From the NCBI GenBank assembly GCA_964187785.1, contig OZ076409.1, positions 61,444,001-61,508,000 of the forward strand: DNA of 64,000 nt, given 5' to 3'. The stretch is from Amphiscolops sp. MND2022. Lineage: Eukaryota. Each line of letters starts with the position of its first letter. Position 1 is the stretch's first letter. Made by a program: the position numbers and the translations under genes. The notes beneath the pieces were generated by a model. The model saw only the letters and a program-made list of their open reading frames with translations, made no database searches and was not told where the DNA came from. This document shows positions 36,356 through 48,715 of this stretch, piece after piece.

Positions 36356-39300
36356 TTCAGCCACGATTTCCGCCCGCTAGAAATACAACGCGCGACAAAC
36401 GACTTTCGACTCAACCGACTACACACAACCGTCCAATGAAGAAATGGCAGCCTTCACTGGACAAACGACCAAAAGCTGACGACGTCTATCAGCGAAGACT
36501 TTCCAACGATGAAAAAGCGATGGGAATTGCACGTCAACGCAACGGCAGCCTCTTTTCTCCACTCGCTGAAATCAACGATGAACAAACGATGAACTGGCAA
36601 CAAAACACCATGAGGCAGGTGGAAGATGCCAAAGAGATGGAAACCAACCATCTTGACGACGACTCGACTTCACACTCAACAATCGACAAACGGCTTAGTA
36701 TTAAAAAACATGCAAAACAGAGTAGTATTAACGTTTCAAAAGCTAAAAAACATGCAACTAAAACAGAAATTCACGTTCTCAGTCCCACTTTACACTTAAA
36801 CAAGAAAGATAAAATGCTTTACGTCCCTCTTCAGTTTGACAAATATGAAAACAGCGCACTTTTAGATACAGGCGCAATTCAAAGTGCAATGTCTGAAGCA
36901 GAATTGCGAAAAAAAAACAACGGCTCATCCAGAAGCCATCCTTCAAGAACTCCCCCCTCCGAATTTCAAAATTCAAACAGCAAACGGGAACTTAGTTCCA
37001 GTACGTAAGCAAGTCTTACTTAGATTTTACGTTGCTGGAAAAGTCTTTGAAGAAACGTTCCTAATCCTTCCAACAATGGGCACAATTTTAATTGGAATGT
37101 CATTCTTTGAAAAGTACTCAGTCAATTTAGACATAAAAAACCACCTTGTCCACTTCCCTAATCACATGATGTCCATGCAAGTTAGACAGCAAAAGAACAA
37201 CAGATTCAAAACTGGTTTAACTGATTTGTGTTCCAGTACCAGAACAGTGATCCCTCCTCTCCATCAAGTGATGATACAGGTCCACAGTGACGCGGACATC
37301 TCACTTACAACTGGTACAGTTGAGGGCTCACCTGGATTCATGCGAAAGACGTGTTTGCTTGTTTCTCCAGCTTTGGTTGACCTAGACGAGGGCAAGACGA
37401 CAATCCAGGTCACCAACCCGAACAACCACACGTTCACACTTGATGCCAACACCACTCTGGCACACTTTCGCATACCGACACCACATCAGGCGGCAAACAT
37501 CACATCCATGCCAGTCGAACACTTGAACCTGATCACCAAGTACCCAGATGAGGCGGAAGCAGTGATCAACCAACTGTTCGTGAACCCTGAAATGAAGTCA
37601 ACTAAGTGGTACCCAACTCCCGAGACGTGCAGTGAGCCAGACAAACTCAACGCAATTGAGCGACGAATCTATGATGAGATTCTGGCACTACGAGAGCTCG
37701 AGAAGCTTGACCCGTCCCAATCCGATGAACAACGGATGAACTTCCTGAAGAACTTCAACTGGGACGACTCGCTTCTTACTCCGTCTCAACGGTTACAGGT
37801 AGAGGAGTTGCTGGTAAAGTACAACTCCATTTTTGCTAGACATCGTTTTGATATTGGCATGAACACTGATTTTAAAGTTAAGCTAACACCCCAACATGAA
37901 GAACCTGTTTATTCACAAAGTCTCCCTACTCCGACAAATTTGAAGGACGATTTGCTCGTGGAGTTAGCTTTAATGCAAGAGTACGGGATCATAACTACTT
38001 TGCCTCATAGCAAATACTCATCTCCGATATTTGCTCAACGTAAACCAAATGGTAAATTGAGGATTTTAGTTGACTTGAGAAGAATAAACCACTTGATCAA
38101 AAACGATTACGGTGAACACAACCATCCCGTAACAACAATTGCTGACGCTGCCCAACACATGGCCGGGAAAAAGTATTTCTGTAAACTTGATTGTTCCCAG
38201 GCCTACCATTGCATTCCAATGGCCGATGAGCAGTCTGTCCAACTGTTATCGTTTAATTTTGGTTCTAGAACTTTTGCCTTTTTACGTCTAGCCCAAGGTC
38301 TTAACCGTTCTTTGTCAGCATTCACAAGTGTAGTCCGTGAGTATTTGGACCCCTTGGTCAAAGCGGACCGATGTGCTCAATATGTTGATGACATTGGAAT
38401 TGCAGCACACACCCCTGACGAACTGATTAATAACCTTGAACTTGTTTTTCAGCAGCTGAACAAAGCCGGTCTTAAACTTAGCATGAGTAAATGTGAATTT
38501 GGACAAAAACAAATTGAGTACTTGGGAAAAACCATTTCTAGCACCGGTATTGCTCCCATTGAGAAACGAGTAACTGACTATCTGACCAAATTGAAACCCC
38601 CCAACTCAGTGAAAGCATTGCAACGTTATCTTGGTTTTGTAAACTTTTACAGGTCTTATATTCCCCGACTAGCTGATAAAACTTGTTGTTTACAGGAAAA
38701 CCCATCATTGTTATGACTGACAATAAGGCCTTGACTAGATTTTTTCAGGCGAAGCATATCCCGCCTTCACTTTGGAATTTTTGCGATCAAACCCTTCAGT
38801 TCAGCTTTTTATTAGCACATGTTCCAGGAGTTGAAAATCCCGCAGCGGACTACTTATCTCGGCTTGAGATTAGACCTGAAGACCGTGTACATTTAAAATT
38901 GACTGATACTATTCCAATTCACAGGATCGAGATCGACATCGCCTCCCGTACACCAAAACAGGAGGAAGACGAGCCTGATTACTTTCCCACGAGCGAACCA
39001 CTCAGATGCAAACGCCAGAAGGATGTCAAAGAGATGAAATTGGCAACTGGCACTGACGTGGCTCATGACGATGGGAAAGGGATGAAGTTCACCAACTGTG
39101 AGAGAACAGCGGCCTCAGATGACTTCGCGACTGACAACCATCTGACGTACCGCCTCACAGACGTGGACGAGCCAATTCAACTCTCGCAATTCATCCGTAA
39201 AGTATCATTAGCACACCCGGTAATGAGTCATGTTAGCCCCGCTGAGGGGATCGATCTAATTCAGGTCCAGAAAAATAACTGGGTTATTCAAAAAATGATT

Positions 39301-41106
39301 AGATTTTTAGAAGGTACTGAAATTTTGCAACACCCAGTTAATATGCAAGATCAGTTTTTTCAAAAGTTGCACAAAAATCGAAAACGCCTACAAGTTGTAA
39401 ACGGTGTCTTGTACAGACAGTTTTTTGATCACACGGGACTGGAGTCTCACAAGCAGTTAGTTGTTCCTGAAGACTGTATTTTGAAAATAATTAGGACTCT
39501 ACATAACAGCCCGGTACAAGGACACCCTGGTTTAAAGAAAATGTTGTACGAACTTCGTAAAAGATATTACTCTCCTAACTTAGCCTGTAAAGTTCAAAAA
39601 GTCCTTGACGGATGTGAAAACTGCATGAAATCTAAAAGTGTAAAAGAGACGCAACTACGTCCACCGTTACAAAAAATCTACGACCCGTGCGACGGACCAG
39701 AAGACCTGTTGGAAATAGACATCGTTGGTCCACTCCCGGCGTCGAACGGTTTTACACACATTCTGACGGCTGTTGACGTTTTTTCACGCTACCTGTTCGC
39801 GCTTCCGCTGAAGAGACCTGATACACATTCCGTAGTCAGAGGATTACTGTCGATCTTCACGAAACACGCGTATGTGCCCAAGCACTTTCTGACGGACAAG
39901 GGCACGGCGTTCACGGCTGAACTTCTGTCTGAAATCGCGAAAGCGGCTGATATTCACATCTCCCATGCCACGATAAAGCACGCACAGACAATAGGCATGG
40001 TGGAGAGAACGCACGCGAAACTGAAAAAGATCCTTAAAATTAGTGTAAACGCAGACCGACCACAATGGGACCGCTATGTCGACATAGCAATCATGGCCCA
40101 TAACACAACGTATCATGATTCACTGAAATGTTCCCCAACTGAAATTTTCCACGGAAGAACACCATACAACCCACTAGATCTGCAATTCCGAAACGCAAAC
40201 AAACCGGCTGAAACAAAGTGCAAGGACGTGAACGAAATTCTAGACAAAATGAACTTCATCTTCAGAGACAATCTAGATAACATCATTTCCGCCTATCATA
40301 AGTACAAAACGTACTATGGTAGAAAAGCACGAGCACAGCCACTGAAGGTGAATGAGTTTGTGTTCCTACTAGATCCTAAGTACGACTCTCAGAGAAGCAA
40401 AGAAGAGTTTAAAACTTTCCATTGGAAAGGACCGTACAAGGTGATTAAAGTGCTATCCGATAGCAACTACATCATCCGCAAAGTAGGCACACACCAAACT
40501 CAGTGCGTACATCGCATGCGACTGAGATTGTTCGAACCGGAATTTCCGATTGATGACATCAACGTGTCCAAACATCTCTACCCAGACACTGAAAGGGTTG
40601 AAGACACGGACATTTTCGACTCGAATATTCCGACGACCGACGAGGTAGATCAGAATGAGAATGACAATCTAGATCAAGACTTAGTCGAAGAAGAGCCTTC
40701 AGAAGAAATAATTCCGCAGGTACAAGAACAACACAGTCCACAAGTAATTCCACCAGAAATAACCACGAGAATAGATTATCAGCAAGTAGAAACTGACCAC
40801 AACAACTTTAGACCACCTACAGTTAGATTTGGAACGCAAGAAGAAATTATTCTACCGCCCCCCCGCGATGAAAGTAGGATAAGAGTACCTCTGAGAGACG
40901 AACAACACGAAAATCAGCCACAACAGACAAACACGCAAACTGAAGATGAGGAAAGGATGAGTTCTAGACCTTCTAGAAACAATCAAAGTAGGTACAGGTT
41001 ACGCGAAAACCCTACACTGAAAAAATATCCTGACTTCCTCATTCATGAGATTACATCAGCCAGAAACTCTCTGAGAAAGACCAACAAAGTAAACGTAACG
41101 AGTTAG
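36352..41106 (+). pseudogene. pol: Pol (PR-RT-partial RNase H-integrase), disrupted
   Basis: LLDTGA; LDCSQAY, QGL, YVDD; H2C2 (HNS..GHPG..CENC); IDIVGP/TDKG/VER; WKGPY; frameshift in A9 at ~36910 and deletion with frameshift at ~38690. Confidence 0.93.
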
Positions 41107-43011
41107 CCAAGAAAAACAACATTTCAAAACACACGATGTGTTAAAGATGAACAATTCACAAAAACGAGTCGATTACATGCAATTTCAATTTAAAATGAAC
41201 ATGAAGATGTAAAATGGATGAAAAGTTACTAAAAATTACATGAAAAACGCATAAAAACAAAACACGATGTAAAACGGATGAAAAACGACCAAAAAACCAG
41301 AAAAAAACAACACACAAAAATTTGAGATGAAAAAAGGATGAAATCACATGAAAATTTAGCTCAGACATACGAGAGATGAAAAAGTGATGAACTCAGTCAA
41401 AAATTCGACCAATCAACATGCAATATTTACTAGCGATGCATTTGAGATGAAAAATACCATCAGAATGCGAACGCACTCACGTTCATGCTATCATAAGACT
41501 CTAGCTCGGCTAGAGGATGAAATAGCGATGAACTCGATCCAATTATTCATAAATTACATGAAATCAATTAACGAGATGAATTTGTGATGGACACTACCAT
41601 CAAATCGTGACCGAATTTATCGTTAACCTGACACAATACTCTAGCTTCGCTGGAGGATGTCAAAACGATGAATTTAGTCTAAATGGAAGTTCGAAAATAT
41701 TAAATGACTTACCAAAGGCTTCTTGCGATGGGAAACAACATCAACATAACATCACAATAAATCAGCTAACTCTCAAACAACATGTAACTCCACGAAACGA
41801 TAAAAAACAACCGACTTTATTTCGAATCATGCAAACAGAATTATGCGACACAAAAATGAAATGATCAATACATGTAAAGTTCAAAGACCTGCCAAATCAA
41901 TGACGTCACGAAAGAAATTGAAAATTCCAAACTACATGCAATACAAATGAGTAACACACGGAAATATACATGTACCGTTTAAAAACGAACGAGATAATAT
42001 ATGCAATTCACACCAAAGCCATCCAAACCTAGACGAATAAAAATGAAACAAACAATCGAAAATACATGAAGCCTAATAACTTACATGCAAAAAATAAGAA
42101 CTGACGAAACACCTACAAAACGAATAAAGGAGTGAGCACCCCCCAGCAAACATCAGTTCATAACAAGCAAAACACCCCTATCGAGAAGCCAAAAACATTC
42201 CTTCGTGCTGGCTGGCATTTCTCTGAAAAGAGTGCTGGTTAGTTGAGGCGGGGAGCTCACAACCATATTCGGATGAAGCTTGCTGCGTTGGTTATCCAGC
42301 GGCTAGTGGATTCTCAGTTTTGTAGGGGCTTTGAGACGACAAAGCCCTGTCCAAATTGACGAACAAAATCAAGAAATAACCAACATGCAAATAATGGGGT
42401 AACCCATTAAAAGATTACATTATGAAAATACCACGAACACCAAAACGACATGTAAAATTAAAAAGAGAATGAAAATCATACTGAGACAGTATAAAATGAG
42501 TAAAACATGCACATACCATATGAAAAGTACATTCCCGAAAACGTCAGAGTCACATAGCCACGAAAACGCACAAAATTACAATATTTCAAAATTACGATGA
42601 AAAGAAGATGAACTATACCGCAAAACGAGCAAAAAACTTGCCAAGTCAAACTTGCGATGCAAAAACGATGAATTACACCAAAAAACTAGCAAAAATGCAA
42701 AAATTAAATGGCAAGATGAAAAAACGATGAACTATGTAGAAAAATCACATGTAACAAACATGCAATGAATCGCATATAACAAACGATGTAAAAAAGATGA
42801 GAAATCAGTTTTCGCAACGTCGCTCGGCCGACCGAGGAAAACGTGATGAAAATGAGATGAGAAATCAAAAATGAAACGCTACCGAATCACCTACACTCCC
42901 ACGAGATGTAATAACGATGATTACCGCAAAAAGACTAGCTGAGAATTGTGACAACGCAAAAACGATGTGAAAACGATGCTAATTGAAATTTGGAACTCTG
43001 AATGACGTGAC

Positions 43012-44235
43012 CTAACAGCAGAAACTAATGATCCGCAAACCTAACCTGCCTACGGCCACAATTCCGATGTCGTCCCACAACATACCCTCGTCCAGCTCCG
43101 CCAAATTGACCAATCGTCGATGTGACTCAGTCACTTCCTCTAACAAAGGGCCGCTCACACTGTCATAACTTTGGATATGATTAGCAGACAAATAGGCCAA
43201 AATCACAGCACAAACACAACTCGTGACATCGCTACTCAACTGCCCAAATCCATCGCAGCAAAGACTGCTTCTGCTCTGAACTCCTCCATCTAGGCATAAA
43301 ACACTGCGAAGCAGATTCTGAGCGCCACCACTAGAACAATGGCGAAGAAGATCGATGACAGAACAACCCTCTGTACGTCCTGCTAGTCCCGGGTCACGTC
43401 GGATATTGACAAGGAAATCCAGAAAGCCACGTTCCATCCGACCCTGCTCCGCACGGGTGATCCGACCCAGATCCACAAGCACATCAGTGAAAATCCTGAT
43501 CTCGTCTAATAGGACGTCCTCTGCAACAAAACTCAGACAGGGCATACTGAAAACACTGCGCACAAACGACAGATCGTCTCGCACACCTGGCAGATTAATA
43601 ACAGTCTTCACAACGGTTAGAATGAAAACCGGAACAAGTGACAAATCCTCTTCATATAGAGCGGCATTCGAGTCTTGATCGTCCACACAACGAAATCCGT
43701 CCAGCAACACTTGATGTTTCACTTCTGAGATTTCATAGCTTTCCACATTCAGAAAGAGCCATCCACGAATGTCCAATTCCGATGGTAGCTTTTCTTCCTC
43801 TACTAGCATCATCATCAGTGACTTCACAAAGGCAGCACTCTCAATTGCCCAGTAGCACGCGCGCAACGTCGAAGACCCAAAACTCTTCTCGTAGGAGCTG
43901 ATCACTGAAAAACACGAATCACAATTATCACAAGAAACAACCAGGTTTAACATTACACCCACAACCGTATAGCTTCCAACTCGATCTCAACAAAAAAACC
44001 AAAACCCCCCGTAACTTACAGAACTAAAGTATTACTAACAAGCACGGTACACAAGCCCAAGAACACGGAGTCTAATCGGAATGCCGATCTTAGCACGTAG
44101 TGTCAAGTCTAAGGCATCCAAAGGCCCTTCACCACTAGCAAAGCGTAGCAAGCATAAGATGTCAGACCAGTTCGTCCGTAACTCCTCGCACACATCGGCC
44201 AGGGTCCAAATGTACACCTCGCCGGTAAGAATCGC
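43012..44235 (-). CDS. Antisense accessory gene of unknown function (316-aa core 43012-43962, probably spliced)
   Basis: Long ORF inside the element; upstream open segment 44035-44217; acceptor-like TTTACATTTTAG ending at 44236. Confidence 0.55.
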
Positions 44236-44274
44236 CTAAAATGTAAATAATACCATCCCAATCAATTCGATAAA

Positions 44275-44606
44275 ATAATTCTTTTTTCTCGAATACATGA
44301 ATCCGGACCAAGGCACTGAACTTAGAAGCGGTAGAGTTATACATTCCTCGTCAGGAACATCTTCTCCAATAGATCCAGACATGGCTCAATCGTCCGCCAA
44401 TGACTCTGACAATAACGAACCTTCAGATATCTCGTCCCAATTGTCTGAAATAAAAGAGAACTATGAGAAGAAGATAAATGAGTTACAAAGCGAATTTAGT
44501 CAACTGAAGAACTTATTGATGGCAGTTATTAGTAAAAATGATGAAAATAACTTACCTTCAACATCGCAAAGTTCTTCAAAGCCGACCCACAGAGTTGGGC
44601 TCGACA
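44275..44606 (+). repeat. Truncated 3' LTR (last 332 bp), carrying a copy of Gag residues 1-103
   Basis: About 2 mismatches to 34828-35159; no match upstream and no PPT. Confidence 0.9.
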
Positions 44607-45437
44607 ATGAGACCAGAATTTCGTGGCTGAAAAAAGTTTCAAAAAATTGAAATTTCAACCAATCAAAACCTCTGATTTTAAGAATCCGCTCTCAAAGTAG
44701 TCTCTGAAAAACCCCATAGAACTTCAATGTGAGAATGTTTTAGTTTTTTCAAACCCGAAAAGTGATTATTATTTCGTTTTTCAACAGTTTGCGAGCAAAA
44801 CAAACTTTTTCGAGTTGTACGAATTTGTTTGCCACATTGACATTCGTTGACGATTTGTTTACGTCATATAGCGTCTGTGTGTACATAATTTGAGGTTTTG
44901 CCCCTCGAAAACCTGCAAAATAACGTAGGTGAGGGTGATTTTTCTTTACTTTCCTTGATCTTGCTTTGAACACCCGAAAAGTTGTAGAGAAATCTTGATG
45001 AAAACCTGAACAATTAATGAAGCAGCATCAAACTATTGAGCATGATCTTCTCTAAGAAGCTTCCAAAAACCTATTTAATTTGTCTTGCATCCCGAAAAAC
45101 ATGTAAAATTTTCGAACACTTTAAACTAGAGCTACTTGCTCAATGTTAGTTGATAATTGATGGTTTCAATTCAAAGTACATATAATGACTGTCACAGATT
45201 TGAAAGCCAGTTCTTGTCCCAAAAAGATTCACTTGAAAGACGACGTTTAGAATTTGTCTTTTCAAATAACATCAGTTTCCAGAAGCTTTCTGTTTCCAGT
45301 ACAAAAGACCTTTTCTTTTTTTATTTTTTTTCCACTTCTGTTAGAGAAATATGTTGTAATGCAGGCTTTTCTACTTTATCCAAATTTGACTACACTCAGT
45401 AATTGGCAACATCCTTTTTGAGAAAGCGATAGGTAAC

Positions 45438-46885
45438 TGTTATAGGGTTTCTTTATACTCAGTACCTTGTATTTCTTTTTAGATTACAAAGGAGAGAGCA
45501 GAGCAAGAATCTATTCATTAACTAGACCATGTGGTGACATGGTTCACCGTTTCTTTTGGTGGTCTACGATTTTGCTGGTACTATTGACAATGTTGATAAA
45601 TATATAAATAGACAACAACAGTTTGAATAATTGAACATACTATGATTGACAGTTGTATATATGTTTCAATTAAAGTTTCTTTTAGTCTTTTTTGTCAACC
45701 CTGTCACACTCCTCCTTCTTTGCTCTCTTGGCCATCTCTGTTCGGGTATATGTAAACACAAAAATTTAGGGTTGTAGTTCGTTAGGTGTTGTTTGTAGTT
45801 TTATCGTAGACTGTCCTCGCTTGACGAGATGTTGATGATTTCGGGTTTGTCCATTGTTGTGGGTTTTTCTATATCGCAGATCATTACGGTGTCTCCGTAA
45901 TATTGTGGTGCTCTTCTACTTCTTTGGGATCAGTTATCTGTCAGTTATTTCAGTTTTTATGTTTGGCTTATCTAACGTGCCAAATGATTGTTGTCTCAAT
46001 GTGCCTTCTTCGTACGCAACTGCAAATTGAATTGTTTCAGCCGCTGTTGGCTTTGGTTCTGTGCACAGTTTTTGTTGAACTTCTTGATTTATCATGTTCA
46101 CAGTGAAAACATCTTTCACTAAACTATCTGTTATTGTGCCAAAGTTGCACTTTGCGGCTAATCCTTTTAGTTCGTTCCAGAAGTTCTTCAATGATTCGCC
46201 TTCTTTTTGTTTTCGGGATAGAAATTTGAAACGATCAAGAGTTTCATTTTTCGGCTTCTCGAAGCAGTCTTTGCAGTTCTTTAGCAGATCGGGAAGTGAT
46301 ATGGTTGCTATGTTGGTGGTGGGAAACTTGTCAGCGATTGATTTGCGTCCTGCTGATCCCAGTGCAAGGTAAAGTATACTGATAGCCTTCTTGGTAGCTG
46401 GTATTTCGTCGAGATCTCCCATTAAACTTTTTTCTTTATTTCCCGTTTTGATCAATTCTGCGATTGATATGTTGTTTTTGGCCATTAATGCCACTTCGAA
46501 TAGATCTCGCCATTTTTCCCATTCTAATGTAGGGTTTTTGGGAGGCATCTTGCCAATAAGTTGGAAGTCCTGCTATTGCCTGGGTTTCCGTAGAAAGTTC
46601 GGCTCGCAGCGCCATGTTATAGGGTTTCTTTATACTCAGTAACTTGTATTTCTTTTTAGATTACAAAGGAGAGAGCAGAGCAAGAATCTATTCATTAACT
46701 AGACCATGTGGTGAAATGGTTCACCGTTTCTTTTGGTGGTCTACGATTTTGCTGGTACTATTGACAATGTTGATAAATATATAAATAGACAACAACAGTT
46801 TGAATAATTGAACATACTATGATTGACAGTTGTATACATGTTTCAATTAAAGTTTCTTTTAGTCTTTTTTGTCAACCCTGTCACA
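45438..46885 (-). mobile_element. Miniature internally deleted Gypsy element (1448 bp)
   Basis: 271-bp LTRs (45438-45708, 46615-46885, ~3 mismatches); TSD GTAAC; PBS TGGCGCTGCGAGC from 46614; PPT AAAGAAGGAGGAG at 45709-45721. Confidence 0.96.
45934..46615 (-). pseudogene. Partial gag of the miniature element
   Basis: EWEKWRDLFEVAL..RFKFLSRKQKEGESL..AAKCNFG; 1-nt frameshift near 46545; truncated before the knuckles and joined to a pol-tail-like RSRRAPQYYGD. Confidence 0.85.
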
Positions 46886-46890
46886 GTAAC

Positions 46891-47720
46891 GTTTCCAGAA
46901 TTCTTTTATATTGCATGCTGGCAAAGATTCCGGGGATAAATAAATTGTAGCTGAGGTTTTGTGGTTTCACAATAGTGGAGGAACAGTTTCGATGAAGTCA
47001 AATAGTCTTTCCTCGGTAGGCTAAGGCAAGTAGACTGGGGAACAGCATTCTCAGTGCAATAGATACCTGAAGTTTGCTCAAATTCATTAAGTTTTTCGAT
47101 GAAAACGTTAGTGCAACGTTTTCTATCAAAAAAGAAATGAGAGTCCGTTTTCTCTGTGACATTCAGTTTTGTGTTGAATCCCAAATTTGTAGCATTTATG
47201 TGAAATTGAATTCAGAAATTCGAATTGTGACCTTAGGCTGTTTAGAAGTGTTTCCTTGACATCGTTGAAGGAGGGCTCAGTTTCTGTTAAAGAAGACAGA
47301 CCTTTTTCAAGTAACATTACCAATGGAATAGCTTTATTCATAGTCACCGTGTTATCTCGTTGTAATTCATCAGTAGCGTCATGAAATAAAATCAAAAGAT
47401 TATTCAGTTTCAATGAAAGATGTTTATCAATGGCGTGCACATTATATTCGTGCAACTCTTCGACCACTAATGCCTGGTTGATGTTTTGCAGGTTTTCCAG
47501 GACAGAGTTGGAGTCGTTCAATAGAAAGCAATTGTCGGTTATGAGAAATCTGAGAAATGTAATCTCGTGTTTTCTCAATCCACTGACGGTCGAATTTTTA
47601 GAGAAATGCCATCTCGCGTGCATTGTTTTTCATTCTTGTGACGAGGCGACTATATACGAGAAATGCGATATCGACTGTCCCATCAGGTAAGCGCAAAATC
47701 TATTCTTCGCTTGCGCTGTG
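46891..47720 (-). pseudogene. hAT-like transposase remnant
   Basis: LFHDATDELQRDNTVTMNKAIPLVMLLEKGL..KETLLNSLRSQF resembles the hAT/ZBED core; EFWKRY at the LTR insertion point resembles the start of the hATC domain. Confidence 0.55.
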
Positions 47721-47979
47721 AGTACTTATTCGAATATTACCCCACTTTCGCTTCTTTCGCGTTTTCACTTGAAGCGCCCTAATTTACTTGGTAGCTGTGA
47801 TTTTAACCAAACACGGTTATACCCGCTGGTGATTTTATTCGAATCCACATCCATCAACTTTCATTTCCGCACTACAGGTATTTGTTATATAGAAATTACG
47901 AAATCGAAGCCTCTTTCTCAAGTGTTTTAGCTTATTACGATTGAGATTTCAATTCTATTTGGCTATATTACTATTCGTC

Positions 47980-48715
47980 CTTAATCCTGTTCGGCTGCTT
48001 TAATCCACACCACCGATTCACTATAATCTGATTGAAAAGGCCTAAAATTATTATCCTGTGGAATGAGATCTAAAGTCTTTATATTCAGATGGCAAAAGAC
48101 CTTAAATCACTATCATGAGAGATAAGATCTGAAGCCATTGCTTTGTGTGCCTTTGAATGAGGCCTAAAATTACTGTATTCGTGTGGAAAAAGCATAAAAT
48201 ACTCGTCATTTGGAGTAATGTCTAAAGTCACTGTATTTCGGCAGTGGTACATGGCATGAAATGACTGTTTTCTTATTTAAAAAGACCTGAAATCACGTAT
48301 CCGGATGCATTAGACCTAAAAGTACTGTTTCCTGGTGGAATAAAGCCTAAAATCACTTTCCTGTGGAATAAGATATAAATAAAATCACATTATTTTGGTA
48401 AAACAAGACTGAAAATTGCTATCCTGTGGAAGAAGATTTGAAGCCATTGCATTCTGGTGGATTGCGGTCTCAAAATACTATTTTCTGATTGAATATAGAC
48501 TGAAATATTATATCCGGGTGCCATAAGGCCTGAAAGAACAGTTTTTGGCAGAATAAGGCCTAAAGTCTCTATCTTAGTGTAAGAAGGCCCAAAATTACTA
48601 TCCTGTGGAACAAGAGTTTTAAATACGGTATTTTAGTTGAATAAGGCCTTAAGTTACTGTCCTGGTGAAATACGACTCACAATCCATGTCCTGTGGAATA
48701 AGGTTTAAAGTTGCT
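47980..48715. repeat. Degenerate ~29-30-bp minisatellite (CCTGTGGAATAAGGCCTAAAATCACT-like)
   Basis: Many diverged units; related motifs at 52520-53170 and 55320-55435. Confidence 0.75.

Larger units (their letters stand above)
34277..44606 (+). mobile_element. Ty3/Gypsy LTR retrotransposon, 10.3 kb, with a long 3' region and antisense ORF
   Basis: TGTT...GACA termini; 4-bp TSD ATGA (34273-34276, 44607-44610); gag, PR, RT, INT in Gypsy order. Confidence 0.93.

Noticed and set aside
36905..36920. Second programmed frameshift at the A9 run
   Set aside because: It falls inside the protease domain; a homopolymer indel or sequencing error is more parsimonious
43012..43962. env or tyrosine recombinase assignment for the antisense ORF
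   Set aside because: No signal peptide/furin/TM layout and no R-HxxR-Y motif recognised; left unassigned
44297..44650. Independent 117-aa gene
   Set aside because: It is the LTR copy of Gag residues 1-103 running into flanking DNA
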